From a virus (lineage: Duplodnaviria > Caudoviricetes): 28,414 bases of DNA. The translations under genes and the position numbers were made by a program. A model generated the notes under the pieces. That model ran no database searches. It was given only the letters and a program-made list of their open reading frames with translations, and had not been told where the DNA came from. The stretch lies in the IMG/VR virus record IMGVR_UViG_3300025803_000074, positions 1-28,414 of that record, one strand, 5' to 3'. This document shows, in pieces, positions 1 through 6,511 of this stretch; within the stretch, counting starts at the first letter, position 1; every line of letters begins with the position of its first letter.

Positions 1-1
1 A

Positions 2-529
2 GTAGGTGACTACGTAAAGTTCCGCGTTCAGTTCTTCAACTCATATGATAGTAGCTGGGCGTTTCAACAATCAGCTTTTGGCCTACGCTTATGGTGTCTG
101 AATGGATGTACACATTCTGATACTGTAGCTAATACATGGGCAAAGCATACAACCAACGTCAATGTAGAAGGCAGTTCAAGCAAGATCAAAGCTGGCTTGG
201 AATCATTTTTGCAAACACCAGACATTTACAAGTCGTGGATGTCAACGCATGTCGATGATGAAATGGCTGAAATGTTCTTCAAGCATAGCATGTGCCGTGT
301 ACCTAACAAAACAAGCACATTCAAATGGAATGAACGCATGTTAGATGCACTCATGTCATGCTGGTACAGCGACAAGTCTAAGCTAGGCTCAAACAAATGG
401 GCTTTATACAATGCTTGTACCTATTGGGCTAGTCATACCAGTGAGTCACGTTCACCAGCTAATACACAACGGTTGCGTGACAATCAGCTAGCCAAGGTAT
501 TCAAGAAAGCTAACTGGCATAGTGTTTAA
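2..529 (+). CDS. DUF932-family phage protein (5' truncated by window)
   Basis: Frame is open from position 2 (VGDYVKFRVQFFNSYDSSWAFQQSAFGLRLWCLNG...KHT...NKWALYNACTYWASH); NSYD, RLWCLNG and W.LYNA.T motifs are typical of DUF932. Confidence 0.8.
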   Translation, partial: VGDYVKFRVQFFNSYDSSWAFQQSAFGLRLWCLNGCTHSDTVANTWAKHTTNVNVEGSSSKIKAGLESFLQTPDIYKSWMSTHVDDEMAEMFFKHSMCRVPNKTSTFKWNERMLDALMSCWYSDKSKLGSNKWALYNACTYWASHTSESRSPANTQRLRDNQLAKVFKKANWHSV

Positions 530-535
530 TCGCTC

Positions 536-579
536 GGCGTAACCGCCCCGCCCCACATAAGGCAGGGGGCGGTTGCGCC
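536..579 (+). other. GC-rich intergenic stem-loop without U-tract
   Basis: GGCGTAACCGCCCC (536-549) pairs with GGGGCGGTTGCGCC (566-579), 14 bp with one U-G pair on the + strand, plus an inner GCC/GGC stem. Confidence 0.75.
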
Positions 580-592
580 TTGCTTCAACAAT

Positions 593-602
593 GGGAGAAC
601 CA
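593..602 (+). promoter_or_regulatory. Extended RBS motif GGGAGAACCA (copy 1)
   Basis: Directly at ATG 602/605; same 9-mer at 2761, 3185, 3849 and 4676. Confidence 0.8.
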
Positions 603-814
603 TGATGGAAATATCATTTATCAATCAAGTTAGAGAAGTGCAACGATCATTGGCTTTGCTCAACGAACGTGCGTCAGAGGATCAATCGCAATTCAATTAT
701 CAAATACAGCAAGCGATGTGGTCTATAGATAGAGTCGCGGCAACATATGATGAAGTTTTATATAGAGATGCGAATGAAGATGATAATTATCGCCCACCTT
801 TGAAGGAGGTTTAG
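602..814 (+). CDS. Hypothetical phage protein
   Basis: 70-aa ORF with GGAG RBS, tightly packed with neighbours. Confidence 0.75.
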   Translation: MMEISFINQVREVQRSLALLNERASEDQSQFNYQIQQAMWSIDRVAATYDEVLYRDANEDDNYRPPLKEV

Positions 815-816
815 AC

Positions 817-1023
817 ATGGCACTTATGCAACAACGTCATTACGAATATCTTGCAGACCATGTAGCACCATTGATGTCTTGGCCTAGTGCTATTGTAGAT
901 ATGGCAGAGGCATTGGTAGCTACTAATCCAAAGTTCAACAAAGAAAAATTTCTTAAACGCGCTATTGCCGCATGGGAATTACACAATCCAATACAGGAGA
1001 TTGATGATGATATACCGTACTAA
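817..1023 (+). CDS. Small phage protein ending in SSB-tail-like IDDDIPY
   Basis: Strong AAGGAGG RBS; NPKFNKEKFLKRA motif; acidic C-terminal tip. Confidence 0.8.
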   Translation: MALMQQRHYEYLADHVAPLMSWPSAIVDMAEALVATNPKFNKEKFLKRAIAAWELHNPIQEIDDDIPY

Positions 1024-1282
1024 AATTACAGGTACAATTTCATGTCAGGAATATGTTCAATGTGATGGATGTGGATACCAAACTTATTTTGCAAATGTTT
1101 CAGATGAATGTCCAAATTGTAAGTCAGATGCTTTCACCAGCTATCAAAGCTACACAGTTTATCAAACCGTCAATGCAAAAAATCCACAGGATGCAATCGA
1201 TACCGCATTTGATATAGGTGAATGGAAAACTATGGAAGGCTCAATAGTTATTGAAACAAAGGAAGGAACCACAACGATATGA
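1004..1282 (+). CDS. Zinc-ribbon protein (CxxC...CxxC)
   Basis: CDGC and CPNC; start moved from 965 to ATG 1004/1007 because AGGAG lies at 995-999. Confidence 0.7.
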   Translation: MMIYRTKITGTISCQEYVQCDGCGYQTYFANVSDECPNCKSDAFTSYQSYTVYQTVNAKNPQDAIDTAFDIGEWKTMEGSIVIETKEGTTTI

Positions 1283-1635
1283 ATGATCTATTCGACAAGC
1301 TGGGATTAGACCAGCCAAAATTTCCAGAGACACCAGCGTTCAAGTTGGTACGCAATGATGACCCAAGTACAAGTCATGAAGCGGCAGAAAAACTAAATGT
1401 TGGCAAGATGGAACGTATAGTTCTTGCCGCCATAACATCTTTTGCAGATAAAGGATGTATATCTGATGACGTTTTAGATATTATTCCTAACCACAGATAC
1501 AGCACAGTCACAGCTAGATACAAACAACTTAAAGAAAAAGGTTTAATCTTTGTAGATCATCGCAAACGCAAAGGTACATCAGGCAGACAACAGCTAGTCA
1601 TGTGGTCAAAAGAATTTTACAAGCCAGAGGAGTGA
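1279..1635 (+). CDS. Winged-helix DNA-binding protein (DPxTSHEAA type)
   Basis: RNDDPSTSHEAA and STVTARYKQLKEKGLI...RKGTSGRQQLVMW resemble common phage wHTH proteins; ATGA overlap with upstream gene. Confidence 0.7.
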   Translation: MNDLFDKLGLDQPKFPETPAFKLVRNDDPSTSHEAAEKLNVGKMERIVLAAITSFADKGCISDDVLDIIPNHRYSTVTARYKQLKEKGLIFVDHRKRKGTSGRQQLVMWSKEFYKPEE

Positions 1636-1638
1636 GCT

Positions 1639-1872
1639 ATGGGCAAGTATGTACTACATAAAGATGTAAGAAATTATTGCAAAACAACTGCTGGTTTATC
1701 GCATACAAAAAGCGATGCGCTAAGACAGAAACAAGACAGGGAAGGCTGGGAAAAAGTAGCCGCGTCTTTACCTGATGATGCTTTTGCAGATGATGTTGTT
1801 GTTGACGATCGTCATGGAACTGTAAGCCGTAAGGTAACAATCGTTGAATCTAGTTTGTGGCATTACGATTAA
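1639..1872 (+). CDS. Hypothetical phage protein
   Basis: 77-aa ORF with GAGGAG RBS. Confidence 0.7.
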   Translation: MGKYVLHKDVRNYCKTTAGLSHTKSDALRQKQDREGWEKVAASLPDDAFADDVVVDDRHGTVSRKVTIVESSLWHYD

Positions 1873-1873
1873 C

Positions 1874-1902
1874 TTGACAATCACTGCGTTGATGCAGATG
1901 AT
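1874..1902 (+). promoter_or_regulatory. Sigma70-like promoter with palindromic operator in spacer
   Basis: TTGACA (1874-1879), 17 nt, GATGAT (1897-1902); spacer carries CTGCG-TTGA-TGCAG; predicted +1 near ATG 1909. Confidence 0.65.
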
Positions 1903-1908
1903 GTGTCC

Positions 1909-2115
1909 ATGCTTAGTTATATGGATACACTCAAAGAAATGTCTGCAAGTGCAAACGTCAGTCTAAAGAAGGCGTTTGTACATGCTGGGGTACGCGACTC
2001 TACTTACTATAGAGCAAAGCAGGGTCGTGACCTTAGACATAGCACTGCATTATTAGTGGAAGCATCGATTGGAAAACTTTCAGCACTTCAAGAGCGACGT
2101 GCAAGTTCCAGATAG
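1909..2115 (+). CDS. Cro-like HTH protein, possibly leaderless
   Basis: SLKKAFVHAGVRDSTYYRAKQGRDLRHSTA is HTH-like; no SD; ATG 1909 at predicted transcription start (ORF track start GTG 1903). Confidence 0.65.
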   Translation: MLSYMDTLKEMSASANVSLKKAFVHAGVRDSTYYRAKQGRDLRHSTALLVEASIGKLSALQERRASSR

Positions 2116-2323
2116 TTACCAAGATTTAATATCTACAATGGTAGCTAGACGTAACGAATTAAATATGTCGCAAGAAGAACTAGCTCACAGGATAGGATGC
2201 GCTAAGTCTTTGATTCACAAGTGGGAAAGATACAAACGAGTGCCTTCTGGTTTTTTATTTAGCTGTTGGTTGGATGCGCTTGGCCTCAAGATCACGATCC
2301 ATAAGAAAGAAACTGTACGATAA
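2069..2323 (+). CDS. XRE-family HTH transcriptional regulator
   Basis: RRNELNMSQEELAHRIGCAKSLIHKWERYKRVPS is a classic HTH_3 pattern; start codon uncertain. Confidence 0.85.
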   Translation: MENFQHFKSDVQVPDSYQDLISTMVARRNELNMSQEELAHRIGCAKSLIHKWERYKRVPSGFLFSCWLDALGLKITIHKKETVR

Positions 2324-2618
2324 AACAGGCAAGCCACAGAAATGTGATGCCTGTAGTACAGATACACCTTGGTTCGTTTGTTTATTAGCTACAGAAAGTC
2401 CACCAACTTATCATACAATCTGTATTGATTGTTACGAGGCAGATACATGGCAAGCAAGAGTCGCGCTAAAGGAGACTACCACGAAAGAAGATTCGTTGAA
2501 TGGCTCAAAGCCCTCGGCTTCAAAGCGAAAAGGCAACCGCTATCAGGAGCGTTGGGAGGAGAGTATAGCGGAGACATCATCTGGGAAGTCAAAAGCAACC
2601 CAATGGTGGTTGAAGTAA
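2274..2618 (+). CDS. Putative Zn-finger protein overlapping the XRE and resolvase genes
   Basis: CDAC...CIDC; fills the 2324-2446 gap; C-terminal 172 nt overlap the resolvase. Confidence 0.55.
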   Translation: MRLASRSRSIRKKLYDKTGKPQKCDACSTDTPWFVCLLATESPPTYHTICIDCYEADTWQARVALKETTTKEDSLNGSKPSASKRKGNRYQERWEESIAETSSGKSKATQWWLK

Positions 2619-2809
2619 AGTACAGAGACAAGTCTGGATTCCCGAATCCATTCACTGTAGTTAGAGATGTTCTGTTTTACAAACGCAGGACAGGCACACC
2701 AAAAACATTAGTAATCTTTGATGGCGATGTGTTCGCAGAAAAGATTGCACCATTATTATTGGAGAACCACAATGTCATTTCTACTGATGGCGAGGGCAAT
2801 CAAGGCTGA
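2447..2809 (+). CDS. Holliday junction resolvase, Hjc-type PD-(D/E)xK nuclease
   Basis: MASKSRAKGDYHERRFVEWL...RQPLSGA...GDII...VEVKYR; GAGG RBS before ATG 2447. Confidence 0.8.
   Translation: MASKSRAKGDYHERRFVEWLKALGFKAKRQPLSGALGGEYSGDIIWEVKSNPMVVEVKYRDKSGFPNPFTVVRDVLFYKRRTGTPKTLVIFDGDVFAEKIAPLLLENHNVISTDGEGNQG
2761..2770 (+). promoter_or_regulatory. Extended RBS motif GGAGAACCAC (copy 2)
   Basis: Immediately upstream of initiator ATG 2772. Confidence 0.8.
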
Positions 2810-3440
2810 TATACCTGACTGCTATGCCAAATGGCTAATGGTCGTACTAGCTGACCATGCCAATGAAGATACTCATGAGTGCTGGCCTAGCCTAGCTAGG
2901 TTATCTGATCGCACACAGATGAGCGTACCAACTATAACTAGAAAACTTAACTGGCTTGAAGAACAGGGGCTAGTAACTAGAGTGCGTGGATCTAATCAGC
3001 GATCAACTTTGTACACCATTTTCCCTATTGCAGAAAGCAACACCACTGTTGCACACAGAAACACCACTGTTGCAGAGAGAAACACTAACCTATCAACTAA
3101 ACTATCAACTAAAAAGAAGAAGGCGGTGCCAGAAGATTGGTTGCCGAGTGAGGAACTAAAGCAGTCTATCGATCTTAAGCTACAGGAGAACCAAGACCAT
3201 GAGTATGAAACGAATCAATTCTGTTGTCACCACGCCAGCAAAGGAAGCACATTCGTCAACATCGACCTCGCTTACAGGGGCTGGTGCTATCGAGCCTTTA
3301 ACTGGCGAGCAGATAGAGCAGGGTCTGGCAAGGCTACTGGAACTGGCAAGTCCACACGAGGTAGACAGAAGGCTTCTCATTTCGCTGGAATCGCACACGG
3401 GCTATCCAGTAAGAGAAATAAGCAGGACGAGGTTCACTGA
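2772..3440 (+). CDS. Phage replication initiator (N-terminal HTH_36-like, C-terminal DnaT-like domain)
   Basis: KWLMVVLADHANE...CWPSLARLSDRTQMSVPTITRKLNWLEEQGLV; PEDWLPS...F..HH.SKG...AYRGWC; internal iterons; start reassigned to 2772. Confidence 0.8.
   Translation: MSFLLMARAIKADIPDCYAKWLMVVLADHANEDTHECWPSLARLSDRTQMSVPTITRKLNWLEEQGLVTRVRGSNQRSTLYTIFPIAESNTTVAHRNTTVAERNTNLSTKLSTKKKKAVPEDWLPSEELKQSIDLKLQENQDHEYETNQFCCHHASKGSTFVNIDLAYRGWCYRAFNWRADRAGSGKATGTGKSTRGRQKASHFAGIAHGLSSKRNKQDEVH
3025..3113 (+). repeat. Putative replication origin: three 21-bp iterons and two 12-bp AT-rich repeats
   Basis: CTATTGCAGAAAGCAACACCA / CTGTTGCACACAGAAACACCA / CTGTTGCAGAGAGAAACACTA (3025-3087), then CTATCAACTAAA x2 (3090-3113). 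Confidence 0.75.
3185..3193 (+). promoter_or_regulatory. Extended RBS motif GGAGAACCA (copy 3)
   Basis: Upstream of ATG 3199, inside the initiator CDS. Confidence 0.75.
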
Positions 3441-3834
3441 TACAGATTATCAGACCATCGTTCAACGCTACGAGATTACATGCACCGACATAGATGGCAT
3501 AGATAGGGCTATAACCGCCGTTAGAAAGGCACTGGTGCCGCTTCCAAGGAATCAGATAGAAGATCAGCTAACCATGCTTGCAACGGTTGTGGTGAAGCCT
3601 TCTATGGAGAGTTCAGAAGATCAGCTAGTGCGAATAGAATCATTAGCTAGTTTATTGCATGAGTATCCAGCTGACATTGTACTCTATGCAATAGAGCGAG
3701 TGACCAAGACATCCAAGTTTTGGCCTTCGTTCGCTGAGTTTTATCAGCACATCGATTGGATGTTGGCAAAACGTAACCTGATGTTAAGAGCATTGGAGAG
3801 TAAAAGGGTTGCGCTTACTGCACAGTTGCAGTAG
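3199..3834 (+). CDS. Initiator partner, putative helicase loader/inhibitor-like protein
   Basis: C-terminal L.EYPADIV.YA......SKFWPSFAEF resembles phage loader-type domains; follows the initiator as lambda P follows O. Confidence 0.55.
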   Translation: MSMKRINSVVTTPAKEAHSSTSTSLTGAGAIEPLTGEQIEQGLARLLELASPHEVDRRLLISLESHTGYPVREISRTRFTDTDYQTIVQRYEITCTDIDGIDRAITAVRKALVPLPRNQIEDQLTMLATVVVKPSMESSEDQLVRIESLASLLHEYPADIVLYAIERVTKTSKFWPSFAEFYQHIDWMLAKRNLMLRALESKRVALTAQLQ

Positions 3835-3837
3835 AAT
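3809..3837 (+). promoter_or_regulatory. Sigma70-like promoter with perfect palindromic operator
   Basis: TTGCGC (3809-3814), 17 nt, TAGAAT (3832-3837); TACTGCA-CAGT-TGCAGTA at 3816-3833. Confidence 0.7.
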
Positions 3838-3848
3838 GTTTCAGTAAA

Positions 3849-3858
3849 GGAGAACCAC
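3849..3858 (+). promoter_or_regulatory. Extended RBS motif GGAGAACCAC (copy 4)
   Basis: Upstream of exonuclease ATG 3861. Confidence 0.8.
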
Positions 3859-3860
3859 AC

Positions 3861-4694
3861 ATGGAACGCAAAGGTTTTATTGGCGGTAGCGATATGCGCC
3901 GCATCATGGATGGCGATTGGACATCGCTATGGGAAGAAAAGACAGGCAAGGTAGAGCCTGTTGATCTGTCAGATAACCTAGCAGTACAGCTAGGCACAGA
4001 GACAGAACACTTTAACAAGCGTTGGTTTGCCAAACAACACACCACATTAAAAGTTGAAACTATTGTTGCTGGTCATCATGGCGTTGGCAACGGCCTAACC
4101 AAAGAAATGAATTGGGAAGGCGTACCACTCAAAGGTTCAGTAGACGGATTTATACATACTGATCGCAAATATTTTGACGAGATCATTGAGTGCAAACACA
4201 CCTACGATATGAACAAGATGGAGGCATGTCTGCAAATGTACATGCCGCAGATGCAGTTCTATATGTGGGTGCATCAGGCCAAAGGCTGTTACCTATCAGT
4301 TATCTTTGGCAATCGCAGATGGGAATCTGTCTATGTCACTAAGGATTGGGACTACATCCACAAGATGCAAGTTCACCTAACTGAGTTCTGGAGGCTTGTC
4401 AGAGATGACACACGCCCTTTCGCAGATGAGCAGATACCGCCTGTATCTATAGACAAAATCAAAGTTGATGGCCTAGTACGCAGAGATGCGTCATCTGATA
4501 ACGAGTTCATCAGCAGATGCCATGACTACATTGAACATGAGCCAAATGCCAAGCTGTTTGATTCAGCCAAGTCTGAACTAAAAGCTATGGTTAGTAACGA
4601 TGAGCGAGAAGTTTACTGTGACCTTCTCACCATCAAGCGCGACAAGCGCGGATCACTTCGTGTCACAGTTAACAAGGAGAACCAAGATGTCTAA
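3861..4694 (+). CDS. YqaJ/lambda-exonuclease family protein
   Basis: RKGFIGGSD, LWEEKTG, VQLGTETE, GSVDG, IECKHT, YMPQMQFYM motifs. Confidence 0.9.
   Translation: MERKGFIGGSDMRRIMDGDWTSLWEEKTGKVEPVDLSDNLAVQLGTETEHFNKRWFAKQHTTLKVETIVAGHHGVGNGLTKEMNWEGVPLKGSVDGFIHTDRKYFDEIIECKHTYDMNKMEACLQMYMPQMQFYMWVHQAKGCYLSVIFGNRRWESVYVTKDWDYIHKMQVHLTEFWRLVRDDTRPFADEQIPPVSIDKIKVDGLVRRDASSDNEFISRCHDYIEHEPNAKLFDSAKSELKAMVSNDEREVYCDLLTIKRDKRGSLRVTVNKENQDV
4676..4684 (+). promoter_or_regulatory. Extended RBS motif GGAGAACCA (copy 5)
   Basis: Upstream of ATG 4687. Confidence 0.8.
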
Positions 4695-5163
4695 GGATAA
4701 TCAGGTTAAGGATACACTAAGCCTATGGAATAAAGTTTCCAAGTCAGACCCTAAGTACCTAAAGAAAGTATCATTCGGGTCAAGATCGTTTACAGCTATT
4801 GATCCACAGTATCAAGTGCGTAGCGCAACAGAAGCGTTCGGACCTATAGGACATGGATGGGGCTGGTCAAGCAACACCCGATTTGTAGATGTAAGCAATG
4901 GTGATACAGCCGTTATAGCTGACGTAATGATATGGACTGTAAACAGAGATAACTGTTTCGGACCTTTCTCTGGATGCAGAAAGTTCTTTGACTCTGCCAA
5001 AGGCAGGATGGCAGAGGACGCACCCAAGATGGCAATCACCGATGGTCTTACCAAGGCTATGTCACATCTAGGATTCAATGCCGATGTGTTTCTTGGCGAG
5101 ATGGATGGCAACAAATACGCCGCCGATTCAAAGGCTGGTAAGAAATCTGTAGGAGAATGGTAA
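4687..5163 (+). CDS. Rad52/Sak-like single-strand annealing protein
   Basis: FTAIDPQYQV...TEAFGPIGHGWGW...DAPKMAITDGLTKAMSHLGFNADVFLG; lies between exonuclease and SSB; start reassigned to 4687. Confidence 0.7.
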   Translation: MSKDNQVKDTLSLWNKVSKSDPKYLKKVSFGSRSFTAIDPQYQVRSATEAFGPIGHGWGWSSNTRFVDVSNGDTAVIADVMIWTVNRDNCFGPFSGCRKFFDSAKGRMAEDAPKMAITDGLTKAMSHLGFNADVFLGEMDGNKYAADSKAGKKSVGEW

Positions 5164-5516
5164 TGTTTTACGGAAATCAAATAGCATCTTTAGATGCAAA
5201 GCTAATGGACATAGATCGAAAGTTAGAAAAACTCATATGGTCTATGAAAGAGCCTGTAAAGGAACAGGTTAAACCTAAACAAAAAAGCAAGCCTAAGTAT
5301 TCCAAGCCATTTATAGATAGAATAGCTGGCAGATACAAAAGCAAACACGATCTAGTACAAGAAACAGGTTTAACATATCAAACAATTACTACTTATATCA
5401 GACACGCAAGAGCCAATGGTCACAATATTGTTAGGCGAAGAATAAAATTAAAGAGACCACATTTACCAAGAGGTTTTTGTATGGTTTCACAATATAAATT
5501 AGTAAAGGATAAATAG
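5163..5516 (+). CDS. Basic HTH-like protein
   Basis: SKHDLVQETGLTYQTITTYIRHAR; TAATG coupling at 5161-5165 (alternative start 5157). Confidence 0.6.
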   Translation: MFYGNQIASLDAKLMDIDRKLEKLIWSMKEPVKEQVKPKQKSKPKYSKPFIDRIAGRYKSKHDLVQETGLTYQTITTYIRHARANGHNIVRRRIKLKRPHLPRGFCMVSQYKLVKDK

Positions 5517-5517
5517 C

Positions 5518-5916
5518 ATGAACGATTACGATAACACTAACAGAGGCGCGGCCTTCAAGCCGTTTCCAGAGCAACAGTTTATCCTGCAAGGTAAGCTAAA
5601 CATCATGGGTGATGAAGGTCAGGTAGCACTCATCATGGCTGAGTCTAAGGATGGCAGTAAGCGCATCGAAGTATATCAACGTGCTGGTGTTCTATTTGCA
5701 AACAAAGATAAGAACGATGAAAACAAACAGCCAGATTATAGCGGACCGCTTGACGGTCTGCATCAAGACTGGCGCATTGCGGCATGGAAAGAAATGAAAG
5801 GTGACAATGCTTATATGTCACTCAGAGTTTCAGAAGTGCAAAAGAAACAAGAGGCAGAGGCAGAGTCGCAAGATGAACCATCTAGCAAACAGATTGATGA
5901 TGATATACCATTCTAA
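5518..5916 (+). CDS. Phage single-stranded DNA-binding protein (DUF736-like)
   Basis: YDNTNRG, QPDYSG, RIAAW, YMSL and acidic tail ending DDDIPF. Confidence 0.75.
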   Translation: MNDYDNTNRGAAFKPFPEQQFILQGKLNIMGDEGQVALIMAESKDGSKRIEVYQRAGVLFANKDKNDENKQPDYSGPLDGLHQDWRIAAWKEMKGDNAYMSLRVSEVQKKQEAEAESQDEPSSKQIDDDIPF

Positions 5917-5918
5917 TC

Positions 5919-5984
5919 TGCGATAGTTAGGTGGTTCTCCCTATCGCATAGCGGGTGAGCAGTCGTACCATTCTGCTCATCCGC
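5919..5984 (+). ncRNA. Two-hairpin structured RNA with anti-RBS loop (candidate regulatory RNA)
   Basis: Stem TGCGATAG/CTATCGCA with loop TTAGGTGGTTCTCC, complementary to GGAGAACCAC; second 12-bp stem GCGGGTGAGCAG/CTGCTCATCCGC has a G-U pair only on the + strand. Confidence 0.6.
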
Positions 5985-5987
5985 GAC

Positions 5988-6440
5988 CTAAATAGGGATC
6001 GCCAACAACTCAAGTCTAGCAATCAAACGATCTGCTCTATTGGTTACTTGCTTATAGTATCTACTATCTTTTAACTCAGCCCCAGCAGTTTCATAATCCT
6101 CTGCTTCTACAGCCGCAATAAATTTCTTAAACTTAGACATGCGCGGCCTACCCATATTAAACATGAGATTGCATAGAATGTGATGTAGTTCATCACTCAT
6201 GCTATCCCATGTCGGGTAGAGTATCTTGCAATCTTCTATAGTTACAGCAATGTCCAGCGCAAATAGCTGACGCACACGTTCCTCAGAGACATCTGTACCT
6301 ACAGGCTGACCATACTCAGGCTCACCTTCCAAAATTAGATGACCCACACCACAAGTTTCCAGACCTAAATGATCTAAATACACAGAATTAACACAACCCT
6401 CATCATCAGATATTTCCTGACGCAATATATCTATGTTCAT
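5988..6440 (-). CDS. Endolysin, GH24/T4-lysozyme-like muramidase
   Basis: DEG....YLDHLGLETCGVGHLI catalytic E/D/T region; NLMFNMG, DSRYYKQVTNRA; GAGG RBS before ATG 6440. Confidence 0.92.
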   Translation of the reverse strand: MNIDILRQEISDDEGCVNSVYLDHLGLETCGVGHLILEGEPEYGQPVGTDVSEERVRQLFALDIAVTIEDCKILYPTWDSMSDELHHILCNLMFNMGRPRMSKFKKFIAAVEAEDYETAGAELKDSRYYKQVTNRADRLIARLELLAIPI

Positions 6441-6469
6441 TTTTTTAATCCTCAACTAATATATACATG

Positions 6470-6511
6470 GATGGGGTGATCAAAGGGGTTTGTCACCTCA
6501 TCTTATTTTTT
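6470..6511 (+). terminator. Possible intrinsic terminator on the + (antisense) strand
   Basis: GATGGGGTGA(T)CAAA-GGGG-TTTGTCACCTCATC with G-U pair on the + strand, followed by TTATTTTTT. Confidence 0.5.

Noticed and set aside
5963-5972. Second hairpin loop (TCGTACCATT) pairing with the start of the 23735 gene (TGGTACG)
   Set aside because: Only 7 nt, and the same 7-mer occurs mid-gene near 1346; consistent with chance.
5917-5987. tRNA or ordinary bidirectional terminator at the convergence point
   Set aside because: No cloverleaf or T-loop consensus; large loops and no U-tracts on either strand.
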